From Eledone cirrhosa (lineage: Eukaryota): a stretch of 64,000 nt of DNA. The position numbers and the translations under genes are program-made. The notes under the pieces were generated by a model. That model searched no databases, was not told the DNA's origin, and was given only the letters and a program-made list of their open reading frames with translations. Below are positions 1 through 11,912 of this stretch, piece after piece. Position 1 is the stretch's first letter. Each line of letters opens with the position of its first letter. The DNA lies in assembly GCA_964016885.1 (NCBI GenBank), contig OZ024741.1, forward strand, positions 216,938,001-217,002,000. Reading direction: 5' to 3'.

Positions 1-11
1 TAAATAATATC

Positions 12-112
<101 letters not shown>

Positions 113-195
113 TATAAATTTACGAGTAATTCTCTTGAAACATGTGCAAGGGATTAAAAATGATTTTAAAACTAATTTTTCTGTCTATATATTTG

Positions 196-238
<43 letters not shown>

Positions 239-344
239 CATATAACATATATATATAACATATAACATATATATATATATATAATATAACGACGATTTGT
301 TAAGCTTTCGTTACGTTTGGTGATTGGTGACGCGCGTTTCGCTA

Positions 345-1376
345 TTGATCAGCTCAAGGTTCGATCTGTATCGATCTGGGCCGACTCTGGAATCAAAAGC
401 TCATCGGACCTCTGTTGTTGTAATGACAGAATGTCATATATATATATACATATATATAAGAAAATGAGGGTTGTTTTTAAAAGATGCCTCACACGAGTAA
501 AATTATAAGGAAAAGAAATTGAAAATACAACTGGAGTCTTTTAAGAATATTTATTTATTTACTTTACCGGTTTTACAGTTTTTATGATTTTCATGCGTGA
601 CTGGGTACTTTATTTTATCGACCCCGTAAGGATGAAAGGCAAAATTAACCAGGGCGGGATTTGAACTCAGATCATAATAATAAGAAGAATAAATCGCTTT
701 CTTTCACTAAACAGACCGCTCTTTACCGTATTCTTACATACGGATATTTTCGCTTCCTATATATATTTATATAAGGAAAAATTTAAGAATATTTATTTAT
801 TTACTTTACAGGTTTCACAATTCTTATGATTTTCAAAAGTAAAATTGAGATGGAGGGTTTGTGTTTCTGTTGTGGTTTGACTCGCATCTGGTTCGTGTTC
901 CAAAGTTCTTTCTGTTTTATTCGAAAAGAGTGGCTCAGGGTGGTGTTTCTTTAAAAGAAACAGCAATTTGAACCACTCTTAGATGCGAAATAAACTACAA
1001 CAGTAACACAAACCCTCCATCTCAAATTTATTTTTGAAAATCATAAAAACTGTAAAACCGGTAAAGTAAATAAATAAATATTCTTAAAAGACTCCAGTTG
1101 TATTTTCAATTTCTTTTCCTTATAATTTTACCCGTGTAGGACATCTTTTTTTTTAAAAAACCTCATTTTCTTATATATATGTATATATATATGACATTGT
1201 GTCAACAGCAGAGGTCCGACGAGATTTTGATTCCAGAGCCGGGCCAGATCGATGCAGATCGAACCTTGAGCTGATCAAGGTTTCTTTTAAAGAAACACCA
1301 CTCTGAGCCACTCTTTTCGAATAAAACAGAAAGAACTTTGGAACCCAAACCAGATGCGAGACAAACCACAACAGAA
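345..1376. mobile_element. Scrambled inverted Penelope-like terminal (pLTR) remnants
   Basis: 345-593 is the reverse complement of about 1034-1278, and 860-960 is the reverse complement of about 1279-1376. The region contains hammerhead-like motifs and is flanked by (TA)n. Confidence 0.6.
800..843 (-). ncRNA. Minimal hammerhead-like motif, U3-A8 core variant (degenerate)
   Basis: Minus strand: UUUACUU-UUGAAAA-ucauaagaauugu-GAAA-CCUG-UA-AAGUAAA. A second copy at 1027-1070 (+) has palindromic ACCGGU stem III. Confidence 0.45.
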
Positions 1377-1378
1377 AT

Positions 1379-1480
1379 TATCTGCTGACTGTGAGCGACG
1401 GTGCAGAATGCAATCTCGCTGTCCTGTACCTATCAACGTGAGTTTGCATTCTGTTCCATCGTACACAGTTTGTCGGTGAT
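1379..1480. other. About 100-nt imperfect hairpin (pre-miRNA-like or MITE remnant)
   Basis: actgtg/cacagt, cagaatgcaa/ttgcattctg and ctcgc/gtgag arms pair around a short loop. Confidence 0.45.
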
Positions 1481-1573
1481 TTCCACGCCGATGATTTCCA
1501 CGGCTATGCTTTGATACCTATTGTAACGTAATACATGTGTGTATAAATCATTATAAGAATAAGAATATATATG

Positions 1574-1673
<100 letters not shown>

Positions 1674-1773
1674 TGTTTTCATCGTGTGTGTGTGTTATAT
1701 ATGCAAACAAGATGGTCGATTGCCCTAATCTTATGAAACACTTACGCAGGTTTAGCTGTCCTACACATATATG

Positions 1774-1870
<97 letters not shown>

Positions 1871-2412
1871 GGGGTACATAAATAGAGACAGGCAGACACA
1901 CAATCACGGAAGCATTCACGCGCATAGTGAAAGCGTGGCTGGTCAAACGATTATACATCACGTGGTGAGTTTAGAGAGCAAAGCTACTTTCATACATGAA
2001 CGCTTCAAATAACACATGGCTGCCATTTTGAAACTTTTAAACTGATTTTCCCTTTTCTCTTCTCTCTTCTTTCTTCTCTTTTCTCTCTTCTTTCTTACAC
2101 AGACTCACTTCTATTTTCGAAAATGAATTTCAAAAAAAACAATCAAATTTCTGTGTATTTTTTTTTTTATTGTTCGTTCTATTTAAATAAAAATTATATA
2201 AATAAAATAAATATAGATATAAATATAAAATAATTTTTCAAAAGAACATTAAATGTAAATCTCTAAATGCCATTTTTCTTGTCTTGTTTTTTTTTATTGA
2301 ATTGTTATTATTTTTTTATGTACTTTTATTTCTGAGAACGCGTTCGCATTGTTTTTGCATTAATGGTCTAATTATTATTTATTTCAGATAATTTTATTGC
2401 TGTTTATTTCTT

Positions 2413-2464
<52 letters not shown>

Positions 2465-2727
2465 GGGGGGGGGGGGTATACATATACCAACTAGATAGTT
2501 GGTATATATATTTAAGTTCCAACTAACTGGAGATATCCTGAGTTAACGAAAAGGTTGGCGCTTCCCAAAGTTGTTCTGTTGTGGTCGTCTTCTAGATCTA
2601 GTGTATATCTTAACACATTGTACTTTCCCGTTCTCCAGGGGTATTCTACCCGACGAATTCAACTATTATTATTTATAGTTCATCTGCATCTGTGGCCGCT
2701 TTTCAAAAAGTAAGCAAACATATTTTT

Positions 2728-2735
2728 GTATAAAA
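2728..2735 (+). promoter_or_regulatory. Candidate TATA box of the host gene
   Basis: gTATAAAA about 35 nt before the exon 1 ATG. Confidence 0.35.
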
Positions 2736-2762
2736 CAAAGCTTTACTAGAAACTTCGAAACA

Positions 2763-2873
2763 ATGATTAAAGAAATATTTAACCGAGGTCTGACATACGT
2801 CATGCTATGTACTGTGGTGTCCTTTTCCAGTGCAATACTGGTTGCACAAACACCCGACGAGGAACTTTGCAAC
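2763..2873 (+). CDS. Exon 1 of a secreted AA15-LPMO-like/Cys-rich host gene (signal peptide)
   Basis: ATG at 2763 opens MIKEIFNRGLTYVMLCTVVSFSSAILVAQTPDEELCN, a hydrophobic stretch ending SSA. It is followed by a gtaagt donor at 2874 (phase 0). TATAAAA lies about 35 nt upstream. Confidence 0.72.
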
Positions 2874-2909
2874 GTAAGTGTTATACTGTTTGTTTTTATT
2901 TATATTGTT

Positions 2910-3535
2910 GTTATTATTATTATTATTATTATTGTTCTTTGAGTCTCAGTCATTGATGTTAGTTAACTGGAAAGTTTGTTGAAATGAATATCAAGCCACT
3001 ACCTGCAGCCTCAGATATTCAGGACCTACCGGAGGGTTCTTGCTGTTCCCAGCAAGCATGCCTTTTGAAGCGTTCCAAAAAGCGTGGCGGGGCCAATTTT
3101 CTTTAACCATCCCTGGAAACTTTTTGAGATAGTACCTAGTGCGCCTATGACAATCGGGACCACTTTGACTTCATGGCAGTCATCTTACCCACTTTAAGTC
3201 CTGGTATCGGTTAATTTTCTCCTCTCCTTCTTTCTTTTTCTAATCGGGACCACTTTGACTTCATGGCAGTTCCAAATCCTTTTTACCTCCCACTTTAAGT
3301 CCTGGTATCGGTTAATTTTCTCCCTCTCCTTCTCTTCCACTCTCGTGTCGAATGGGGAGGCCACATCTACAATCAGGCACGATCTTTTTTCCTTGTCCAA
3401 AACCACCAGGTCAGGTCTATTGTGTTCCAGTTTCTTGTCCGTCTGTATCCTAAAATCCCATAGCACCTTCACCTGATCGTTTTCTATCACCGACTCTGGC
3501 TTATGCTCATACCACTATTATTATTATTATTATTT
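2910..3535 (-). mobile_element. 5'-truncated R4/Dong-type RLE LINE fragment (family A) with an internal duplication, inside (TTA)n
   Basis: Encodes KVLWDFRIQTDKKLEHNRPDLVV...KYQDL-type RLE end. Its 3' UTR is close to that at 27850 and 39770. TTA repeats flank both sides. Confidence 0.88.
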
Positions 3536-3919
3536 TGTCGGTTCGTTTGTCGACGCATGTTGCACATCACTTCCGTAACTTTGTTATTATTTCTATTGTT
3601 TAGCAAAGTTATATATTGAAAAGTTATTACCGTTTTATAGATAAACTAACCAGAAACCTAGGGAAATGGATAGTTTTTCTTCATTTTCGGCCATTAGGGG
3701 GCTAAATCGGGGTTTGTTTAGCAAACACGACTCTCAATGGTGGACGAAGAATATTCGTCTGCTGAAATGAAGAGCCTGCCATCCGCAGAATTGTAAATAT
3801 CAGTGACAGCAGCAGCAACAACAACAATGGCAACTACATCACAACGCAGGATAAGTATGAAACTAATTTTCCGCTGTTAAAAATCACCGCCTTCACAGCA
3901 ACAACAACAGAGAATAAAA

Positions 3920-4220
3920 AGAGGGTAAAGACCCCTTTGATCACGACGAATGACCATAGGATTTGCACCTAGAAAGTTCCCCTCCCAGGTACAAGTCTGG
4001 GCAAAGTTTGTTTATGAAAGACCAGCACTCACCCATGCATACCAATCTCCCTTCTCCACGCCACCGATGTTGGCCAAGGGAAAAGCAATGACCGATACAG
4101 CTTGACACCATTGCCGTCGCAACCCATTTCTGCAACTGAGTGAATTGAAGCAACATGAAATAAAGTGTCTTGCTCGAGAACGAAAGCCCAATGCTCTAAC
4201 CACTAAGCCATACGCCTTCA
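3920..4220 (-). mobile_element. SINE copy (a related copy is at 16530-16750)
   Basis: Shared body (...ccaccgatgtt.tccaagggaaa.gcaatg.ccgatacagcttg...gaagcaacatgaaataaagtgtcttgct) is repeated within the window. Confidence 0.75.
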
Positions 4221-5099
4221 CAAAAAGAGAATAGTGACAACAAAAAACAACAATAGTGGCAGGAACACTACAACCAACACCAACCCCACCACCACCACCA
4301 CCACCATCACCACTACAACAAGAAATATAACAGAAGCAAACAACAAAAATAACACTAACTCAGACAACGACAACAGAAATGGCAACAACAACATCATGAA
4401 CAATAATAATGATTTCTACTATAGGCACAAGGCCAGCAATTTGAAGGGAGGGTAAAGTCGATTTAAATCCACCCCATTACATTACTGTTACTTTATTTCA
4501 TTGACCCCATAAGGATGAAAGACAAAGCTAACATCGGCGGGATTTGAAATCAGAAAGTAAAGAGACGTAACTCTATGCTGCAAAGCATGGTGTCTGCCGC
4601 TTTACCGATACTGCTAATCCACCGCCCTAACAACAATAATAACAGCAACAATACATTTGCAGCAATGGCTGCCAAATCATCTGATCTGTTCATCATAAAC
4701 ATTATAGTAAAGGAGATATGTTTAACCCAAGTGACCAAACTAATAAAAGTAGAAAAATCATGGGCTGACCTAGCCATTCGATCCGAAGTGTTGATAAACC
4801 CCTCAAAATCTGTGATCTACAAGTGCGTGTCCACAAACGTGAAACGGCCGGATCCACCAAATCCGTCAGGTGTTGAAAGGGCACTGAAACAAGTAATGGT
4901 TTCTGATTTAGGAACAAGGCCAGCAATTTTGGGAGAGGGGGGGGTCGAATAAATCTACCCCAGTATGTTACAGGTACTTTATTTTATCGACCTCATAAGG
5001 GTGAAAGGCAAAGGTAACCGTGGCGGGATTTTAACTCAGAACGTAAAAGGACGTAACTCTATGCTGCATGTTGTCCGACGCTCTACCGATACAAGTAAT

Positions 5100-5811
5100 G
5101 CCCGATATTCTCCATATTGCAAGGACCAGACAGTATGCGAGAATTTCAGTGCTCTCTAAAAGTGAAGCTCTGGCCGTTAAACATTCCGTGATACCCTGTC
5201 GGGGCGAGAAGTATGTGCTCTACCTATCTTATTTAGGAAGAAGAACAGTAAGGGTCAAGATTTCAAGGTTCCCACCGGAGGTGAATATCTTGTGGACATC
5301 GGCCTGCATTGTCCTAGAAAAAAGCAAAGCCCTCCCGGAGGTGAAAAAACCAGATGAGAAGACTCATCTGGGATCAGTGTGGAGTTGCCTCTCCACGTCA
5401 AACCAGATGACATACACAACATCCCAGACCTCATTCACCCTCCAGGAGAGTTGGGCCTGAAAGTTATTGTTACGAACAGATGACCTCCTTGCCATGTGTG
5501 TGGGCACACTGGTCGCTTGGGAGCTTTCTACCCTAAACAGAAGATAGAGAACCGCAAGGCCCCTTTGCTACCAACACTAGGACCCTACAACAACAGCAAC
5601 ATCAACCTCGGTAGTAGCAGCAAAATCATCAGCAAACCTAGCAACCGTAGCAGCAGTATCAACACAAGAAACAACAGCAACACCAACAATATCACCAACA
5701 GCAGCAGCGAAAGTACCACTACAACCACCAGCAACAGACAGCGTGCAAAACACTCAGGGGTCACCCATCGAAACTTTCATTCTCACTTGTTCTCTCTCTC
5801 TATCTATCTCT

Positions 5812-5845
<34 letters not shown>

Positions 5846-6600
5846 CCGTCTTCTCTAAACACAAATACACACATAGACACTCACACCAACACAAACACAC
5901 TGTCACCCATATCAGAGACATTCTGCAAACACCAGTACCTCCTCCTCTCGAAATGAAGATAAGGGAGGGGCCAACAAAACAACAGACACTAGAAAACTCA
6001 TTAAATATACCCACAACAAATACAGACACATTTACGACCACACCAAGCCCACCAACACCACAACTGTTAACGCAACTACAGCTACCACCACCAAGAACAC
6101 CACTGCTACCACAATCACAACTACCCACTAAAAGTAAACACATGCAACAACAACAACCAATCATTCAACCACCAATCCTCGTGCTAAAGAGGAAAAAACA
6201 ACGAAGAATTGATGACCTCATAACACGAAGTTCAGATATTGTGAGAAACGGGGAGATTTTCGGCACCAGCACTTTTAAAGTACCACAAAATCTAATGATG
6301 GTGCGCATGTCACTTGAAACCTATAAAGACATTAAGGAAAGCTTCCTCCACGACATGGGAACCCCTAATATAAAAGCCACGTGGAGGCTTTTAAAGGAGT
6401 TCCCAAAGGAACCACAACGAGATAGGGAGATCTTTTTATCGTGTCTACAAGAGTATCTGTTACAAAGCTTGGCTAGATGTGATTCCGCCACGTGGAATGA
6501 GGGGAGCGGTGGCCAAATAAATTTGAGAACTTCTGATCTAGACCAACCGTATAAGGTCATCTAGTAATAGTATAGACTAAATAGACTTCCTATACTAAGT
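5100..6600 (+). pseudogene. Decayed ORF1 fragment of a Tx1/L1-type LINE
   Basis: SYLGRRTVRVKISRFPPEV and a C..CGHTG.L...P knuckle remnant parallel ORF1 at 34147-36019 (SYCGQRLVKIRVTHVPPAI; CVVCGEGTHLRAFCP). Confidence 0.65.
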
Positions 6601-6775
6601 TTAAGATTTCTTTTGCCCTGCTCCATACCATATAATCAAAACTAAGCCTCTTATAAAAGAAGCAACCCCAAAATCCTCCCAATTATACTTGCAGGGTTTT
6701 AAATGTTTAACAAAAAATGAAGAATGGTTTGAATAATGTAATCTTAGATGTCGTTCGTTTCGTTATGACCCATAT

Positions 6776-7070
6776 CCAGGGCCAGATTTAATGAGAGGAA
6801 ATGGGGGAAATTGCCCCGGACACCCTGCAGTGCGAGGGGGGAGGGGGGAATGATGGTCTTAGCAATTTATTTGTACCCTCAGCTGGGTTTTTTAGTTTTA
6901 GGATGGTTTTGAATTTAATGCCTGTATGTATAACTTTTCAATTACTTGCGCCAAGCTAACTTAATATAAAATTAGGGGGTTTGCTGTGTATTCTAATTTT
7001 TGTGTTTGCGCCCCCCCCCCAAATCTGAAGTGCCCCGGCCCCCATCCAAAGTCTAAATATAACCCTCCTG
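6776..7070. mobile_element. Possible non-autonomous DNA transposon remnant
   Basis: Begins cagggccagattta and ends in a degenerate taaatataaccct. G/C-run-rich subterminal sequence. Confidence 0.3.
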
Positions 7071-7217
7071 TTGGAGTTGTTAGGGCGCCCTTTTTGGCAC
7101 TGTAAACCTGGCGGATCCCATCCCCTCACCGGGTCAGAACACAACCGATTTCTTCCAGAGAAGAAAAGAGTTAAGGACAGAAAGAAGTGAAACAGAAGAA
7201 TAATCGATCCTAGTGCA

Positions 7218-7371
7218 GGGCTGAGCTGGGCTGGCTGAGCTGGCTGAGCTGGGCTGAGCTGGACTGAGCGGGGTAGGGCTGGGCTGGGCTGGGCTGGGCT
7301 AGGCTGGGCTGGGCTGGGCTTAGCTGGGCTGGGCTGGCTGAGCTGGGCTGAGGTGGGCTGAGCTGGGCTGG
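7218..7371 (+). repeat. (GGGCT/GAGCT)n pentamer array expanded inside a SINE
   Basis: Direct reading of the sequence. It lies between SINE segments atcgatcctagtgca and ctggtaatattttcgttgacctcgaaaggat. Confidence 0.9.
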
Positions 7372-7791
7372 TAATATTTTCGTTGACCTCGAAAGGATAA
7401 AAGGCAGAGTTAACCTCGGTGGGATTGGAATTCAGGGAGCGCAGAGCACTGCGATGAATACAGCAAAGCATTAAATCCGACGTTCTAACGACTATGCCAA
7501 TCCACTGACTAGTCATATACTACAGCTATGAATAGAACAGGCGGGTTAGTTACAGCTATGTCTGCTCGATCAGTACTGAGCTGGGGGCTAAGCAGCAAAC
7601 ATATTCAAATAAACGAATTTTCCTGTGACACCTTCGTGCTTAAGAACCAACATAATATCCTCCTTTGTATTTTTACTTCATACTCAACCTTTTCAAGAAA
7701 TTTTGCTTTTTCCTATTATCAAAAGATTATGCACAATGAGTTGTCCGGCTACGAAAAGAATTTGTTTTATACATAATAGTTTACATTCCAT

Positions 7792-7844
<53 letters not shown>

Positions 7845-7849
<5 letters not shown>

Positions 7850-8345
7850 ACAGTGAATCCTGTGTCTAAAATTACGAGGGTAGAGAATACCACATTTGAT
7901 ATCAATAGGGTATCAATATGAGTTAGTAACTCTGTATTTTATTTGTATTTCGGCTCCCTAACTAGGTGAGCTTATAAGTTGAGTGTAATAAGGCTATTAT
8001 TTCTAGCATAACCACTCACACCGCGTATAACGTCCAACGCACGTGGAGTGAAATTCATTCCTGTGAATTGTAGTTACATGTGCTTTGTTTCATTTGATCC
8101 CATCTCTCGCTGAGGAAAGCCTACGGATTATCTGTTACAAACACAATTTTCAGGGCGAAACAGATTAAATCTCTAATCTGTCAGAGAGATGAAATAGTTA
8201 TTGGTAGGGTCTGTATATGAAAGAATTGTTTATATCTTATGAAAAAATATGTATATCATAAGTATGATTCAGATTAAATATATAAAACAAATGTTGTATT
8301 CTCTACCCTCGTAATTTTAGACACAGGATTCTATGTGTTTATTTC
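7845..8345 (+). mobile_element. Solo/truncated PLE terminus with an inverted end
   Basis: 7846-7890 is the reverse complement of 8296-8341. It encloses a hammerhead at 8101 and is flanked by (TA)n. Confidence 0.6.
8101..8191 (+). ncRNA. Type I hammerhead ribozyme motif with a full stem III
   Basis: CAUCUCUCg-CUGAGGA-aaGCCU...agGGC-GAAA-CAGAUUA(aaucuc)UAAUCUG-UC-aGAGAGAUG. Stem I is 8 bp, stem III is 7 bp, and the cleavage triplet is GUC. Confidence 0.8.
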
Positions 8346-8546
8346 TACATATATTATTATATAATTGTTTCTACTTTTGGTATAAGGCCAGCAATTGCCC
8401 AGTACATTATTGGTACTTTATTTTATCAATCCCGTAAGGATGAAAGGCAAAGTTGATCTCGGCAATGCTCAGTATTTATACTTTGAGCTTGTTAATTGCA
8501 GGGTATCAATATGAGTTAGTAACTCTGTATTTTATTTATATATATA

Positions 8547-8683
<137 letters not shown>

Positions 8684-11583
8684 CATCACAACAAATTGCA
8701 AAACGAGATCAATGCACTACTAAAAAAAACTACGCAACACCAACGGTATTATAGTAAAAGCGGACAAAACATCAAACGTATACACCATGAGCCTTAATAC
8801 ATACAATAATTTTATACGCCGTGAACTGCACAAAAAATACAAAATAAAAAACAGAATCTGCACTCACTAGCATTAATAAGGAAAGACTTAGCATAGTAAA
8901 AAAAATGAAAATATCTGATAGAACCGAGTCTCTAACCCCTTGTAACCCCACATTTAACCTAAAGAATCACAAAAATAATTTCGAAATAGACCCTGCATTT
9001 AGATTAATATGCTCATCGAAGTTGGATATAGGTAGAATTAGCAAGTATATACTAGATAGAGTAACCGCACAAATCAAGGACAAACTAGTAATTAAGCTAT
9101 GGGATAACACTAACGAAGCAATAGACTGGTTCAGCAAAATAGACAGTATAGAAACATCCAACTTTGTACAGTTCGACATTAATGGCTACTACTCATCCAT
9201 ATTCCAGTCACCCTATATAAAGCGCTAACGTTTGCTCAGAAAAATTCGGACCTTACCTCGAACGAAATTAAAATAATACTAGCTGCTAGGAGATTCGAAA
9301 ATAGTTACTGGGAACGAAAAAAACAGACAGAATAGCTTCGATATCACAATGGGATCTAACGACTCAGCACAGGTAACGGACTGGGAATATATAACGGTGG
9401 GAATATATATAGCGCACAACTTACATAAGGAATTCAATAACCTCCAGGGAGGAATTTATAGAGACGAGACACACCTTTTAGCCAAAAACTTAAATAATCA
9501 AAACATGGAAAAATTACGAAAAAACATCAGAGTCTTCTTCAACAAACTAGGCCTAGGTATCACTTTCGAACTTAACTCTAAAAAAGCAAACTTCTTAGAT
9601 GTAACACTCAACCTAAACACAGGATTAATAGAGCCCTTCCATAAAAATAACGAGAATCTAGCCTACATTAGTTATAACTCAAACCACCCCCGATCCATAA
9701 TTAACTCCATAACACAGTATATCCCTCAGAATATCCCGCCTATCTTCTAACCTAGAGATTTTTAACGAACACGCAAACTATTATAACAGCTTTATATAAG
9801 GCAGGACATAAAGAGGGGCTGGAATACATACCAGATAGAGACAGCAGCAACAAACCTAACGACAACTACACTAACCACACCTATAAAAATAACAAACATA
9901 GGACTAAGCATAGAATTAGACAACGAACACCAAAAATAACTGAACCGAACACTAATATAAGGACCCCTAAGAACTACAGAAGATCCAGAGATAGAAAATA
10001 CCTATGGTTCAATCCAATATTCAACTCCTATATAAAAACCAAACTACCTTCTACATTCTTTAAGCTAATAGACAAATACTTCCCTAAACTACACAAATAC
10101 CAAAGAATCATTAATAGAAGAACTATCAAGCGATCTTATTCTACTGCAGCCAACATAGAATCACACATACATAAAATCAACCACAAAAATATCTCTAAAG
10201 AAACTAACCTACCAACATACACCATAGCACCAAATACAAAACGCAAACACATAACAACATCGCAACCAAAAACACATCAGGGCGCATCACAACAAAGCAC
10301 TAATAGGCTTAAATCTCAACCCACCCACAACAACATACAAAACCACAACGGAGAACCTGCACACAAAAAAGCCTACAACTGTAACTGCCACCTACCGGAT
10401 AAGTGCCCACTGCAAAATAGATGCCTGGATTCGAGTATGGTGTACATGTGTACTGTAAATTCAGGCAACTCTACTTGGTTCCACGGCTGGGGAGTTAAAA
10501 AAAATGTGGTACGTCCACAGACACTCCATGAAGAACCGTAGACTGGAGAACTCTACGACGCTCGCCAATAAAATCTGGCAGCTTAAAAACACAAACCAGG
10601 AATATAGGATTAGCTGGTCAAAATTATCGGAAGCAAGGGCCTACAACAATGGGATGTCCCACTGCGGACTTTGTAATATGGAGCTATTCCATATTTTAAG
10701 GTACGATAAGATGCTGCTTAACAGCAAAATAGAAAGATCAATTTTCTGTAAGCATAAAATAGCTACCAAGTTCACAAATTTCAAACCACCGTGATTCGAG
10801 CCAGCAATCCTAAAATTAGAACTGAACCACCTGGATTTTAACGTATGGAATACACACCATCACACCGCTATTAACTGCCAAACGGCCAACTGGTCACTAG
10901 ATCATAAATCTCTTAACATCTCTTTCACCCCTCTCCCTGAAACCGCATCAACCCCATTAAGACAATACAATCAGCAAAAGATTTACCACACACATTTGTC
11001 AAACCTCCCTTCATCATCCACCCTTAGCCCTTAGATCTCATACTAGTATCTCCCAATTAATCTCTAATTTATTTATTTTCTTTTATCTGTCACTACCTCA
11101 GACTCTCTACACGTATCTATGTATGTTTCGAATATGACTTTTCATGTTAGCACTAAACCCACCACAGAATCCTTAAACGGACACTTACTCACCACCACCA
11201 CTATCATATTCTGTACTTATATGCTCTCACTTATCCTTATTTCTTTATATTTGTATTTTCTTATTTTTTTACTGTATCTTTTTTCTTGTCTTTTACTTTT
11301 TACTTTTTACATCTGTAACTTCTCTACCTATTTACCATATATATTTTATTATTGATCTTATTGTTTTGATTATACGTTATTTCTCTATATATAAATCTTG
11401 CCTTGTGTGAATTATTTTTGTATTCTGAGGAGTTGATCAGGGGTAAATAATGTAATGGAGATCGAGTGACGCAACTTCGAGCGATTAGCGACATCTAGAC
11501 TCACCTGATCAATGAAACAATTGTCAATACCTGAAATAAAGCCCCTTGTTGTACAGCCAATCATGTTACTCTTCATTCGTTCA
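8684..11583 (+). mobile_element. 5'-truncated, decayed Naiad-type Penelope-like element (RT + GIY-YIG) in intron 1
   Basis: Fragments KADKTSN, FVQFDINGYY, MGSNDSAQVTD, GGIYRDE, NFLDVTLNL, SNHP, WFNP, CNC..CPL..C and CGLC..E..CKH, with frameshifts. The 3' pLTR carries a hammerhead. Confidence 0.9.
11420..11530 (+). ncRNA. Type I hammerhead ribozyme in the Naiad 3' pLTR, expanded stem II
   Basis: GUAUU-CUGAGGA-GUUGAUCAGG...CCUGAUCAAU-GAAA-CAAUUG-UC-AAUAC. Stem III is palindromic. Confidence 0.88.
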
Positions 11584-11646
11584 CTATATATATATATATA
11601 TATATAATTATATATATATGCGTGTGTATGTGTGTATGTGTACGTG

Positions 11647-11776
<130 letters not shown>

Positions 11777-11912
11777 AATATATATGTATATATATAGAGA
11801 GAGAGAGCTACAAAACCAAATTGTAAAATCATAATATTATAAAAGTAAAATAAATTGTTTAGAACTACAAGCGAAGTCATTCTTTTCCTTTTTTTAAAAG
11901 TCACATTTTTTA

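Noticed and set aside
7218-7371. True immunoglobulin switch region or vertebrate contamination
   Set aside because: Only about 150 bp, embedded in a local SINE, with no Ig exons.
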